Assembly (NCBI GenBank): GCA_002780175.1
Contig: PEVT01000048.1
Span: 8,754 to 72,753, forward strand
Source: Candidatus Moranbacteria bacterium CG06_land_8_20_14_3_00_40_12
GTDB lineage: Bacteria > Patescibacteriota > Minisyncoccia > Moranbacterales > UBA2206
Length of the DNA stretch: 64,000 nt
Direction: 5' to 3'
In this document: positions 1 to 9,557 of the stretch, piece after piece
Numbering within the stretch: position 1 is the first letter of the stretch
Layout of the letters: each line of letters begins with the position of its first letter
The notes under the pieces: generated by a model
Told to the model about the DNA's origin: nothing
Databases searched by the model: none
The model's input: the letters and a program-made list of their open reading frames with translations, nothing else
Made by a program: the position numbers and the translations under genes

Positions 1-490
1 AGAAAAATCAGCAGGTTCTTCAGCCCGGGAATGGATCGCTTGCATCGTTATTATAATTCTCTCGCTATTGGTTTATGTCGGCGCCGTGGCTTATGATCGT
101 TTTTTGATTAAAGACGTCGGCCGATTAAACAGGGAATATGAATCTCAATATAATTCTTTGTTAGAGAGCGGAAAAAATGTTTTTGATTTTCAAAATCGTT
201 TAGAAACAGCCAAACCTCTGGTCCTGGAAAAAAATTACGCCTTAGGAAGCCTGGATCAGATAGAAAAAATGATCATTCCGGGAATTTACGTGGAATCTTT
301 TACCTGGAGTTCGGAAAAAGGCATAGTTAATCTGGAATGCGTGTCCAGCGAATATCGTTTAGTGGCTAACCAGCTGGCTAGTTTTAAAAAATCCGATTAT
401 TTTTCGGAAGTAATTATCAATGAAACCAAAAGCCGGGAAGATGGAAAAATCAGCTTTTTTTTGAAGTTAGCGATAAAAAATAAAAAATAA
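1..490 (+). CDS. PilN-like type IV pilus assembly protein, 5'-truncated at window edge
   Basis: The frame stays open back to nt 2 and reads ...IACIVIIILSLLVYVGAVAYD, a TM helix typical of PilN. The listed 'M' at 68 is a TTG codon. A coiled-coil periplasmic domain follows. The gene sits immediately upstream of the pilO-like and pilB genes. Confidence 0.5.
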   Translation, partial: EKSAGSSAREWIACIVIIILSLLVYVGAVAYDRFLIKDVGRLNREYESQYNSLLESGKNVFDFQNRLETAKPLVLEKNYALGSLDQIEKMIIPGIYVESFTWSSEKGIVNLECVSSEYRLVANQLASFKKSDYFSEVIINETKSREDGKISFFLKLAIKNKK

Positions 491-523
491 ATATCAATCC
501 CGAGCACTCGGGATAAAAATAAA

Positions 524-1288
524 ATGAAAAAAAATCTTGTCATAAGTTTTGCCACTCTTTTAACAGTTATTGTTCTGGGGATATCAATTATCAAGCCGGA
601 ATTTTCTCAAATACTTGAAAACAGAAAAAACCTGAAAGATATCAAAGAAAAATTAGCCGTCTTGAATCAAAAATCCCAAAAAATCGAACAATTGAACCAG
701 GAGTTGTCTCAAAATCCTAAAAATCAGGAAACAGTCTTGAAATATATTCCGATAACCAGAAGCGAGGACTTTCTTATAAATTATCTGGATGGAATCTCTT
801 ATTCCGAAGGAGTCGGCTTGAAGGATATCGTCCTGGGAGAAAAAAATGCGAATAATTCTCTTTCCCGGGCGGTTCCGGCAAATAACCAGGCTTATCCAGG
901 AGGCGACTTGTCCTTGCAAACAAGCCCGCAACCGGTTTTTTTTACAGTTAAATTCAATTTTTCTTCCAATTATGAAAAAATTATCACTTTCCTGGAGAAA
1001 ATTGACAGCTTGAAAAGATTTAACGGAACAACTTATTTGAAAATAACTAAAAATTATCCCGAAGACAAAAAGGAAGACGCGACCCTGGATTCTCTCCAAG
1101 TGGATTTGGGATTGGATTTCAATTACTTAAAAAAGATTGCCTCTCAATCGGAAGTGGGAGAAGACATTTTTAAGAAAGAAGGCTTCGACAGCGAAGTTTT
1201 AAAAAATATAGAAAAAAGGGCGGTTAATGATATTTCCGGTCCGGAAAATAAATCAGACGGAAGGAGTAGTAATCCCTTTATTCCTTAG
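524..1288 (+). CDS. PilO-like type IV pilus assembly protein
   Basis: N-terminal TM helix, then a long coiled coil (KEKLAVLNQKSQKIEQLNQEL) and a periplasmic domain. Position between the PilN-like gene and pilB. Confidence 0.5.
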   Translation: MKKNLVISFATLLTVIVLGISIIKPEFSQILENRKNLKDIKEKLAVLNQKSQKIEQLNQELSQNPKNQETVLKYIPITRSEDFLINYLDGISYSEGVGLKDIVLGEKNANNSLSRAVPANNQAYPGGDLSLQTSPQPVFFTVKFNFSSNYEKIITFLEKIDSLKRFNGTTYLKITKNYPEDKKEDATLDSLQVDLGLDFNYLKKIASQSEVGEDIFKKEGFDSEVLKNIEKRAVNDISGPENKSDGRSSNPFIP

Positions 1289-1319
1289 ATGAATCAGAGA
1301 AGGTAATTTTGAAAATTAA

Positions 1320-3035
1320 GTGATGATTAAAAAAGAAGAAGAAAAATCCGATTTAAAAAATGGGGAAAATGATTTAACCGACAAACTCGGTTTACCCGCG
1401 ACAAAAAAACTTGAAGAACTTCCTGAAAGAATTGATAATTCGGTGGTTAGTTTAATTCCCGAAGAAGTTGCCAGAAAACATGGCTTGTTGTTTTTTAACA
1501 AAAAAGAAAATACGATCCAGGTGGCTATGCTCAATCCTTACGATACGGATGCTCTTAATGTAATAAGATTCGTGGCCGAAAAAGAAGACATCGAAGCGGA
1601 AATTTACGAAGTCGGTCAGAAAATCTTTACGCAAATGCTGAACGCCTATAATACTCCCAGTGAAATGGTTAAAAAGGCCGTGGTATCCTTTCAAAGCGAT
1701 AATTTGTTTGAAGAAGGCGACTCTAAAAAAGAAGAAAAGAAAGTTTCCAAAGAAGAGATATTGAGAGACGCTCCGGTGGCTAAATTGGTCCAAGTGATTA
1801 TCAGCCATGCCATTGAAGGCCACGCCAGCGATATTCATATCGAACCGACAGAAAAAGATTATCGGGTCAGATATCGGGTGGATGGAGTTTTGCACATCAG
1901 CCTGGTTCTTCCCAAAGAAATCGGCCCGGTGGTGATTTCCCGGATAAAAATAATGGCTAACCTCAAAATTGATGAGCGCCGGAAGCCCCAGGACGGCCGT
2001 TTCAATTTAAAGATTGATGAAAATAAAACCAAGGCGGAAAACAAGAACATTCCCGAGAACAAAGATATCGATTTTCGAGTTTCCACTTTGCCGGTTCTTT
2101 TGGGTGAAAAGATAGTAATGAGAATTTTGGAAAAAGACGAAGACTTGATTAATATGAATTCCCTGGGACTAATGGGCTCTTCGCTGAAAAATCTTTTAAC
2201 GGCTATTCAAGAAACTTATGGGATTATTTTGATAACCGGGCCGACGGGATCGGGGAAATCCACTACTCTCTACGCGGCGCTCAAAATACTCAATAAGGAG
2301 GAAAAAAACATTGTTACATTGGAGGATCCGATTGAATATAATATCGGAGGATTGAATCAGAGCCAGATTAATCCGGAAATCGGCTACACTTTTGCCAACG
2401 GACTGCGGACAATTTTACGCCAAGATCCGAATATTATAATGGTGGGAGAAATTCGCGATTCAGAAACGGCTTCTCTTTCCATTCACGCGGCGCTCACGGG
2501 CCATTTGGTTCTTTCCACCTTGCATACCAATACGGCTCTGGGAGCTATCACCAGAATGATTGATATGGGAGTGGAAACATTTTTACTGGCTTCTTCCTTG
2601 CGGATGGTTATCGCTCAAAGATTGGTCAGAAGAATTTGTGAAAATTGCAAAGAAGAAATTCAGGTTTCCGATCTGATAAAATCCAAGATAATGGAAGAAA
2701 TAAAAGATATACCGCCGGAAGAAATAAAAAAATACGAAATTGAGCCGGGTTCGGAGTTGCGTTTCTTTAAAGGAAAGGGCTGCAACAAGTGCAACGGATT
2801 AGGGCTGAAAGGCAGAATTGCTGTTTACGAAGTAATTCCTATCACGAATCCCATGAAAGATATAATTTTTGATAAAATGGGCAATGAATCGCTGTTAATC
2901 CAGGAAAGAAACAAAGAACGGTTTGTAACCATGAAACAGGATGGAATATTAAAAATTTTAAAAGGAAAAACTACGATTGAAGAAGTGGAAAGAGTAACCG
3001 AAGGGAGCATCAGGTTATTAATTGATGAAGAATAA
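1320..3035 (+). CDS. pilB: Type IV pilus assembly ATPase PilB (GspE family)
   Basis: Walker A GPTGSGKSTT, Asp/His boxes, and a C-terminal tetracysteine CxxC...CxxC (CENC...CNKC). N-terminal GSPII_E_N-like domain. Confidence 0.85.
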   Translation: MMIKKEEEKSDLKNGENDLTDKLGLPATKKLEELPERIDNSVVSLIPEEVARKHGLLFFNKKENTIQVAMLNPYDTDALNVIRFVAEKEDIEAEIYEVGQKIFTQMLNAYNTPSEMVKKAVVSFQSDNLFEEGDSKKEEKKVSKEEILRDAPVAKLVQVIISHAIEGHASDIHIEPTEKDYRVRYRVDGVLHISLVLPKEIGPVVISRIKIMANLKIDERRKPQDGRFNLKIDENKTKAENKNIPENKDIDFRVSTLPVLLGEKIVMRILEKDEDLINMNSLGLMGSSLKNLLTAIQETYGIILITGPTGSGKSTTLYAALKILNKEEKNIVTLEDPIEYNIGGLNQSQINPEIGYTFANGLRTILRQDPNIIMVGEIRDSETASLSIHAALTGHLVLSTLHTNTALGAITRMIDMGVETFLLASSLRMVIAQRLVRRICENCKEEIQVSDLIKSKIMEEIKDIPPEEIKKYEIEPGSELRFFKGKGCNKCNGLGLKGRIAVYEVIPITNPMKDIIFDKMGNESLLIQERNKERFVTMKQDGILKILKGKTTIEEVERVTEGSIRLLIDEE

Positions 3036-3057
3036 TATTTTTTAACAGAATAAAAAT

Positions 3058-3450
3058 ATGGAAAATATTGAAAATGAAAAAAAACCCAAAATCATGGTGG
3101 TGGAAGACGATTCTTTCGTCATGGATATTTATCAGACTAAATTGAGCCAGGAGGGCTATGAAGTGATTCAAGCGGAAAATGGCGTGGAGGCTTTTAAAAA
3201 ATTGGAAACAAAAATTCCGGATCTGATTCTGCTGGATATCATTATGCCTTATATGGACGGTTTGCAAATGCTTAAAAAAATCAAATTGGAAGAAAAATTG
3301 AAAAATATTCCGGTGATTCTTTTGACGAATTTGAGCCAGAAGGAAAATATTGACGAAGGCTTGGGCTTGGGGGCGGAAGGCTATCTCATCAAATCCCATT
3401 TTACTCCGTCAGAAGTTCTGGAAAAAATAAAAAAATACATAAAAAAATAA
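3058..3450 (+). CDS. Single-domain response regulator receiver (CheY/PilH-like)
   Basis: KIMVVEDD...LILLDIIMPYMDG...K receiver signature. 130 aa with no output domain. Embedded between pilB and pilT. Confidence 0.8.
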   Translation: MENIENEKKPKIMVVEDDSFVMDIYQTKLSQEGYEVIQAENGVEAFKKLETKIPDLILLDIIMPYMDGLQMLKKIKLEEKLKNIPVILLTNLSQKENIDEGLGLGAEGYLIKSHFTPSEVLEKIKKYIKK

Positions 3451-4530
3451 ATGAGTATCGTGCACACGGAACAAAGGATGAAAAATTTTTTAAGACTGGT
3501 GGCCCAGCAGGGAGCTTCCGATTTGCATTTAACAGTCGGAAGATATCCGACTTTCAGAATTGACGGCAATCTTAATCCTTTTAAAGAAGACAGCCTGCTG
3601 ACTCCTTCGGATACCCGAAGCATGGGAGAATTTATTTTAAACGCGGAAAATAAAGAGAAGCTGATTAAAGACGGCCAAGTGGATTTTTCTTATAACTTCG
3701 AAGATAAAGCCAGATTCAGAGTTAACGCTTTTTTTCAACAAGGTTATTTAAGCATCGCGATGCGGCTGGTTCCCCGGGAAATCAGAACATTGCAACAGCT
3801 GAAAATGCCGGAAATTCTGTATGAGTTTACTAAATTTTCCCAAGGACTTTTCTTGTGTGTCGGACCTATTGGCCAGGGGAAATCGACGACTTTGGCAGCG
3901 ATGGTCAATGAGATCAACCAAACTCAAGAGAAACATGTTATTACGATTGAAGATCCGATCGAATATATTTATGAACAACAAAAATGCATCATTAGCCAAA
4001 GAGAAGTCAATCAGGATACGCGATCTTTTGAAGCGGCTCTTCGTTCGGTTTTTCGCGAAGATGCCAATGTGATTTTAATCGGAGAAATGAGAGATTTGGA
4101 AACCATCAGAACCGCTCTGACCGCGGCGGAAACCGGACATTTGATTTTTGCCACTTTGCACACCAACGATTCCGCGCAAACAATAGACAGAATTATTGAT
4201 GTTTTTCCTCCGGATCAGCAAAACCAGATTCGCTCCCAACTCTCCAGCTCTCTTTTGGGAGTGGTTTCGCAGCGCCTGATGCCAATGACCAAGGGCGGAA
4301 GAATTCCGGCGGTGGAAATTTTGATAAAAAATAACGCGGTGGAAAATCTCATTCGCTCCAGGAAAGTTTATCAGATAAATAATGTTATCGAAACCAGCAT
4401 GGATCAGGGAATGATAACTTTGGATCGTTCGCTGGCCAACTTGGTTCGCGAAGGATTGATTTCCCAGGATGATGCCTTGAAGTATGTTCGGGATGAAAAA
4501 AACTTTAAAATGCTTCTGGGCAAGTTTTAA
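3451..4530 (+). CDS. pilT: Twitching-motility (retraction) ATPase PilT
   Basis: Walker A GPIGQGKSTT and a HLIFATLHTNDSAQTIDRI PilT-type motif. Length 359 aa. Confidence 0.85.
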   Translation: MSIVHTEQRMKNFLRLVAQQGASDLHLTVGRYPTFRIDGNLNPFKEDSLLTPSDTRSMGEFILNAENKEKLIKDGQVDFSYNFEDKARFRVNAFFQQGYLSIAMRLVPREIRTLQQLKMPEILYEFTKFSQGLFLCVGPIGQGKSTTLAAMVNEINQTQEKHVITIEDPIEYIYEQQKCIISQREVNQDTRSFEAALRSVFREDANVILIGEMRDLETIRTALTAAETGHLIFATLHTNDSAQTIDRIIDVFPPDQQNQIRSQLSSSLLGVVSQRLMPMTKGGRIPAVEILIKNNAVENLIRSRKVYQINNVIETSMDQGMITLDRSLANLVREGLISQDDALKYVRDEKNFKMLLGKF

Positions 4531-4637
4531 TCCCGCCAAGACGGGACGAGCTGAATTTGAGTAAGATTTCAACCGTTTGCCATAAATAAAGTTCCAGGTT
4601 TTTTGCGAAGTTAATATTTTTTATAAAATCTAGAATT

Positions 4638-5849
4638 ATGAAATTCTTTTTTCGAGCTAAAAACAAAGAGGGAGAAATTAAAGAAGGAGTGGTGGAGGCT
4701 TCCAATCAGGAGCTGGCGCTGAATTTAATTCAAAAAAACGAATTATTTCCTATTTCCGTGAAAAAGAAGGAAAAGAAAGGCTTATTAAGCGATCAGCTGG
4801 TGAGGTATTTCAGTCAAGTGAGCGCCAAAGAGCTGATGGTTTTTTTCCGCCAGCTGGCAATTTTGATTGAAGCGCGAGTGCCGATTATCTATTCCCTGGG
4901 AGCAATCAAGGACCAAACGGAAAATTCCTTTTTTAAAGCGACGATAGAAGAAGTTATCAATGACATCCAGGACGGATTGTCTTTTTCCGACGCCCTCAAG
5001 AAAAAACCGGAAGTTTTTTCCAATCTTTCCGTCAATATCATCAATTCGGGAGAAAATTCCGGCAACTTAAAGAAATCGGTGGAATACGTAGCCGATAATT
5101 TGGAAAGAAATTACAATCTTTCCCGAAAAATATCCTCGGCTTTTGTTTATCCGGCGGTCGTATTGGCAGTTTTTCTTATTATCGGTTTTGTTTTTGTAAC
5201 TTTCATTATTCCCAGATTAACCGAGGTCATCAAAGACATGGGAGTGGATTTTCCCTGGTATACGAAAATAATTATCAACTTTAGCGATTTTATGAAAGCT
5301 TACTGGTGGATAGTTTTACTGGGAATAATCGGTTCAATTCTGGGACTGTTATCCTATGTCGGATCGGAAAAAGGAAGAAGAGCCTTGGATAAATTGAAAA
5401 TTCAGCTGCCGGTTTTTGGTTCCATTTTTCGAAATCTTTACATTGCGCGCTTTACGGAAAATTTGGCTATCTTGCTGACGAGCGGAATTCCCATCATTCG
5501 AGCGGTGACTCTTTCCAGCTCTGTAATCAATAATTCGATTTACGAAAAACTCTTTTTAAAAACCGCCTATGAACTGAAAATCGGCGGAAACATCAACAGC
5601 GTTTTTAGAAAATCGGAATATATTCCCTCCATTGTTTCCCAAATGATCAGGGTAGGGGAAGAAAGCGGACAGCTGGATATGGTTCTGCGTTATATCGTTT
5701 CTTTTTACGAACAAGAAACGGAAACCGCCACTAAAAACCTCTCCACTTTGCTCGAGCCTTTTATTATGGTGATTATCGGGATAGCGGTGGGATTTCTGGT
5801 GTTTTCCATTTTAATGCCGATTTATAACATAGCCAGCCAGATCTCTTAG
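4638..5849 (+). CDS. pilC: Type IV pilus inner-membrane platform protein PilC (GspF family)
   Basis: Two GspF repeats and three TM segments. 403 aa, a typical PilC length. Follows pilB/pilT. Confidence 0.8.
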   Translation: MKFFFRAKNKEGEIKEGVVEASNQELALNLIQKNELFPISVKKKEKKGLLSDQLVRYFSQVSAKELMVFFRQLAILIEARVPIIYSLGAIKDQTENSFFKATIEEVINDIQDGLSFSDALKKKPEVFSNLSVNIINSGENSGNLKKSVEYVADNLERNYNLSRKISSAFVYPAVVLAVFLIIGFVFVTFIIPRLTEVIKDMGVDFPWYTKIIINFSDFMKAYWWIVLLGIIGSILGLLSYVGSEKGRRALDKLKIQLPVFGSIFRNLYIARFTENLAILLTSGIPIIRAVTLSSSVINNSIYEKLFLKTAYELKIGGNINSVFRKSEYIPSIVSQMIRVGEESGQLDMVLRYIVSFYEQETETATKNLSTLLEPFIMVIIGIAVGFLVFSILMPIYNIASQIS

Positions 5850-5937
5850 TTTTTTCAGGTTGAACAAAAATATAACAAAAAAATTATCCGGTTAAGTTTT
5901 TAAAAATTAAAATAAAAACTAGAAGGCGAGGTGAAAT

Positions 5938-6351
5938 ATGGCTAAAAAGAAAAAAACAAAAAAGAAAAAAGGTTTTACCCTGATTGAGCTTTTGATTGTT
6001 ATCGCGATTATCGGAATTTTGGCGTCAATCGTGTTGGTAAGCCTGAATAGCGCCAGAACTAAAGCAAGGGAAGCTGCTTTTAAAGCATCGGTTTCCAGCA
6101 TAACTCCGGGAGCTATTTTATGTTGCGATCAAACAGGAGGTTCTCTCTTGGCAGTTGCGGGCGCGGAAATGTGCAACCCCGCTATAACTTCAAGTTATCC
6201 GCCAGCTACTAAAGTAGCGAATCCCACCATTACCAGCAATTGCAACAACGGGGATTTCACTATAACCCTGGCGCCAGGAACTGAAGGAGCTGGAAATTGC
6301 ACCCAAGCAATTATTAATCAATCAGGAGTAGTTTCCTTTACCGGATGCTAA
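5938..6351 (+). CDS. Type IV pilin (candidate major pilin)
   Basis: Class III prepilin signal: [25 protein letters not shown] (G|FTLIE). Cys pairs in the C-terminal domain. Good RBS (GAGGTG). A hairpin follows the gene. Confidence 0.8.
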   Translation: MAKKKKTKKKKGFTLIELLIVIAIIGILASIVLVSLNSARTKAREAAFKASVSSITPGAILCCDQTGGSLLAVAGAEMCNPAITSSYPPATKVANPTITSNCNNGDFTITLAPGTEGAGNCTQAIINQSGVVSFTGC

Positions 6352-6368
6352 TGATTTAAAAATTATCA

Positions 6369-6405
6369 AGCTTGCCAATTATTTATTCAAGCGAATTGGC
6401 AAGCT
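6369..6405 (+). terminator. Hairpin downstream of the pilin gene (AGCTTGCCAATT-N13-AATTGGCAAGCT)
   Basis: Perfect 12-bp inverted repeat seen in the sequence. The trailing T-run is weak. Confidence 0.35.
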
Positions 6406-6519
6406 CCGCGCCAACTTTAATAAATTTAGAATAACGGAGAAAAATTAGAGTTAGAGCGGAGCGGCTAAAAATGTAAAAAATTTTGAAAAATAAAAAATTC
6501 ACGATTCATATTCTATTGT

Positions 6520-6918
6520 ATGTTTAAAACAAAAAAAAATAAACGAGCTTTTACTTTGATAGAAGTGATGATAGTGGTTTTAATTGTTGCTGTTTTAGTA
6601 AGCGTAATTTTAGCGAATATCAACCAGTCGCGTAAAAAAGCCCGTGTTAATGGAGCGAAAACTTCATTAAAATTGGTTTTGCCGGCGATAATGGCTTGCA
6701 AAGACGGCGGCGGAAACGTAAGTCTTCCTCCGACGGCGGACGCGGATATTTGCGCGACAGCCGTTGGTTTAACGGGAGCGACATGGCCGACGCTTCCGGA
6801 TGGTTACGCGTATGTTCCGGGATTGGGCTATAATTCAGTCAACTGCAGTTTTACGGTTTTTACTAATGGCGATTCAGCTGATTTAACTTGCGGTTGTGAA
6901 GCGCAGATTTGCCAATAA
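6520..6918 (+). CDS. Type IV pilin / pseudopilin
   Basis: Prepilin motif KKNKRAFTLIEVMIVVLIVAVLVSV. Cys-rich C-terminal domain. Confidence 0.75.
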   Translation: MFKTKKNKRAFTLIEVMIVVLIVAVLVSVILANINQSRKKARVNGAKTSLKLVLPAIMACKDGGGNVSLPPTADADICATAVGLTGATWPTLPDGYAYVPGLGYNSVNCSFTVFTNGDSADLTCGCEAQICQ

Positions 6919-6946
6919 GTCGCAAGTTATAAGTTAAATTGAAAAT

Positions 6947-7732
6947 ATGATAATAATTTTTTTAATTTTCGGGCTTATTATCGGCAGTTTTTTGAATGTG
7001 GTGATTTACCGGCTGAATCTGGCGGAAAGCCTTTTGGGGCGATCGCATTGTCCACATTGCAAAAATAAAATCAGTTGGTATGACAATATCCCATTGTTAA
7101 GTTTTATCCTGCTTTTTGCCAAGTGCCGCTATTGCCAAAAAAACATTTCCTGGCAATATCCCTTGATGGAATTGGCGACCGGGATTATTTTTGCCGAAAC
7201 CGCCTATGTTTTTTTATTAAACGGCCGCCTGGAAAATTGGCTGGAAACTATTTTCTATTTGGGGCTTTTTTCCGCGTTGCTGGTTATTTTTGTTTTTGAC
7301 TTAAAACATTTGGAAATTCCCATGCCGGTGCTCTGGCTGGCCCTAATCTGGACTTTATTTTTTTTGCTGGTTTTAGACGGGATAACCTTTATCCCCGGAC
7401 AAACCATTTTTTCTTCGAGAATTTTTTCCGGAAATTTAGGAGGATTGCTGGCTTTTATTTTTTTCTTCGCGCTCTCTTTCGGTTCCAAAGAAAAATGGAT
7501 GGGAATGGGAGACGCTTATCTGGCGCTTCTTATCGGATTGAGTTTAGGCTGGACCAAAATTTTTTTCGCCTTATTGCTGGCCTTTTTTCTGGGATCGCTG
7601 GTGGGAATCGGACTGGTGATATTCCGGAAAAAAACTTTGAAAAGCCAGATTCCTTTCGGACCGTTTTTAGTTTCCGGAGCGATAATGACAGTTTTGTTTT
7701 TTGATCTGTTTCCAATTTTCCAGAGCTGGTAA
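6947..7732 (+). CDS. pilD: Prepilin peptidase PilD (A24 family, with N-terminal zinc ribbon)
   Basis: CPHC...CRYC tetracysteine, then a polytopic membrane domain with conserved acidic residues. Sits inside the pilin cluster. Confidence 0.8.
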   Translation: MIIIFLIFGLIIGSFLNVVIYRLNLAESLLGRSHCPHCKNKISWYDNIPLLSFILLFAKCRYCQKNISWQYPLMELATGIIFAETAYVFLLNGRLENWLETIFYLGLFSALLVIFVFDLKHLEIPMPVLWLALIWTLFFLLVLDGITFIPGQTIFSSRIFSGNLGGLLAFIFFFALSFGSKEKWMGMGDAYLALLIGLSLGWTKIFFALLLAFFLGSLVGIGLVIFRKKTLKSQIPFGPFLVSGAIMTVLFFDLFPIFQSW

Positions 7733-7821
7733 TTTTAAAATATTTTGTCATTCTGAAACCCGCCTGCCGGCGAGGCAAGCAAGTTCGGGATGGCATGATC
7801 GAAGATGAGTTTATTAAGTTT

Positions 7822-8274
7822 ATGAAAATAATTAAACAAAAAGGATTTTCTCTTTTGGAATTGATAATTGTTATTGCCATCGTAGGTATTATGACGGCGA
7901 TAACGCTGGTTTCAATGAATACTCTGCGGGAAAAAAAGGCGGTGGAAGAAGCCGCCAGAGAAGTAGCGGCGGCGATTCGAGAAACGCAAAATTACGCCCT
8001 GACCGGAAAAGATATTACAGCCGACTCCTCCGCTTGCGCTTATGTTTTTGGCTGGGCGGGAACCGGCTATAATATGAGTGGTTGCGATTCTCAAGTTTAT
8101 TCATTGAAAAACGACACGACCTTTGTTAATAACGGAAGTTTTTCTTTTTCTGTTCCTTTCGCCACTCTTAACCCGTCAGCCGATATAGACATTGTTTTAT
8201 TGAAAGGCGGCAGTTTTTATCATGTGTGCGTTTATATTTCAGGCTTGGTAAAAGAAAGTTTGAGCGGATGTTAA
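7822..8274 (+). CDS. Pseudopilin / minor pilin
   Basis: MKIIKQKGFSLLELIIVIAIVGIMTAITLV prepilin motif. The internal ATG at 7822 is preferred over the listed start at 7795 because it gives a normal 8-aa leader. Confidence 0.65.
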   Translation: MKIIKQKGFSLLELIIVIAIVGIMTAITLVSMNTLREKKAVEEAAREVAAAIRETQNYALTGKDITADSSACAYVFGWAGTGYNMSGCDSQVYSLKNDTTFVNNGSFSFSVPFATLNPSADIDIVLLKGGSFYHVCVYISGLVKESLSGC

Positions 8275-8297
8275 TCGCGTAATTTTATTAAACAAGT

Positions 8298-8813
8298 ATG
8301 CGGGAAAATTTTAAAAAAAATGAAAAAAAGGGCTATTCTTTGCTGGAAGTAATGCTGGTTATTTTTATTCTAGGAACCGCTTTGGTGGTTTTTGTTCAAG
8401 TGATAAGTAAAAGCATCATTCATTCTATGGACAGCCGGGATACGATAATCGCTTCCGAACTGGCTCAAGAAGGAGTGGAGTTGACAATAAATATCCGGGA
8501 TAATAACTGGGCGCAGAAGCTTGAAGATTTCTCGGGAATAGATAACGGATCTCACGCCATAAATTATAACGGCGGCGCTTTAATTTCTTTGGGAACGGGA
8601 AAACTTAGATGGAGCGGCAGCTATTACAATACTTCTTCAGGAAGTGAAACGAAATTCTCCCGGAAGATAATCGTGGATGGCGATGCCGATGTAAAAAAAA
8701 TAACCAGCCTGGTGGTTTGGGAAAGAAACGATTTTCCTCCCGACACGACCTCTTGCCACGCGGCCAATAAATGCGCTTACGCGGAAGTAAATTTGACTAA
8801 ATGGGGAAACTAA
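8298..8813 (+). CDS. Pseudopilin / minor pilin (GspH-like)
   Basis: KKNEKKGYSLLEVMLVIFILGTALVVF prepilin motif. Confidence 0.65.
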   Translation: MRENFKKNEKKGYSLLEVMLVIFILGTALVVFVQVISKSIIHSMDSRDTIIASELAQEGVELTINIRDNNWAQKLEDFSGIDNGSHAINYNGGALISLGTGKLRWSGSYYNTSSGSETKFSRKIIVDGDADVKKITSLVVWERNDFPPDTTSCHAANKCAYAEVNLTKWGN

Positions 8814-8817
8814 AAAC

Positions 8818-9543
8818 ATGAATTTAGAGAAAAATAAAAAAGCCATGCCTGTCGGCAGGCAGGGATTTGCTCCCGCGCCGGAATGTTCCGTATATCGGCC
8901 CTCTCTCCTTAATTCGGCGCAGCGGGTCGGCAAGGCGGCTGAATATGAAAACGGATGGTTAAAAGCCCGAAAGACAAGCGCTTTGGCAAAAGGATTCACA
9001 CTCATAGAAATGATGATTGCGATTTTCATATTTTCTCTAATGATGATCGCGGTGACGGAGATATTTTCCAGTTCCTTTGGCGGATATGGCAACGCCCGCA
9101 ATATCCAAAAAGATTTGGAAGACGCCCAATTTGTGATGGGTCAGATAGCTAAAACTTTGCGAACCAGCAGCATCGTGAATATTGGTGGAAGTTCTGAAAT
9201 AACAGTCTATGATTATTCTCAAAATAAATGCGTTGCTTATCAATTTGTATCCGGAGAAATCAGGACTGACACTACGGCTGATGATTCCGTGCCGTCCACC
9301 AGCGATCCCGTTGACTGGTGTTTTGCGAATTTCTCTCCGGATTTTTCCGCTTATAATAAGATGGCGGCTTTTTTCGTGGATGGCCGGTTTAATTCAATCA
9401 AATCGGACAACACTCCCGGAAGTGAAATATTGGGCAAGGTCACCATTTCAATGAAAATATGTTCCAACTCCAGTTGCTCCAAAGACGAAGCCGTGATTCA
9501 AACGTCAGTTTCTTTAAGAGATTATACCAAGGCGGGAATTTAA
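8818..9543 (+). CDS. Pilin-like protein with abnormally long (~56 aa) leader containing an inserted GC-rich palindromic element
   Basis: The canonical motif AKGFTLIEMMIAIFIFSLMM sits at residue ~55. The first 9 aa (MNLEKNKKA) resemble neighbouring pilin leaders. Nt 8845-8980 are GC-rich and contain CCTGTCGGCAGGCAGG, a variant of the window-wide palindrome. Confidence 0.55.
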   Translation: MNLEKNKKAMPVGRQGFAPAPECSVYRPSLLNSAQRVGKAAEYENGWLKARKTSALAKGFTLIEMMIAIFIFSLMMIAVTEIFSSSFGGYGNARNIQKDLEDAQFVMGQIAKTLRTSSIVNIGGSSEITVYDYSQNKCVAYQFVSGEIRTDTTADDSVPSTSDPVDWCFANFSPDFSAYNKMAAFFVDGRFNSIKSDNTPGSEILGKVTISMKICSNSSCSKDEAVIQTSVSLRDYTKAGI

Positions 9544-9557
9544 ATTAGATAATTAAT

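Noticed and set aside
4075-4572. 165-aa minus-strand ORF antisense to pilT, and similar antisense ORFs (653-1099, 1452-1895, 13598-13957, 43712-44290, 57355-57894, 59580-59960, 61145-61486)
   Set aside because: Each lies fully inside a well-supported + or - strand gene with clear family motifs. They have no start context or RBS and show atypical composition. They are frame shadows.
7795-7821. Upstream ATG start (7795) for the pseudopilin gene
   Set aside because: It would give an 18-aa leader. The internal ATG at 7822 gives the canonical 8-aa prepilin leader seen in the neighbouring pilins. This is a start-site choice only. The gene itself is retained.
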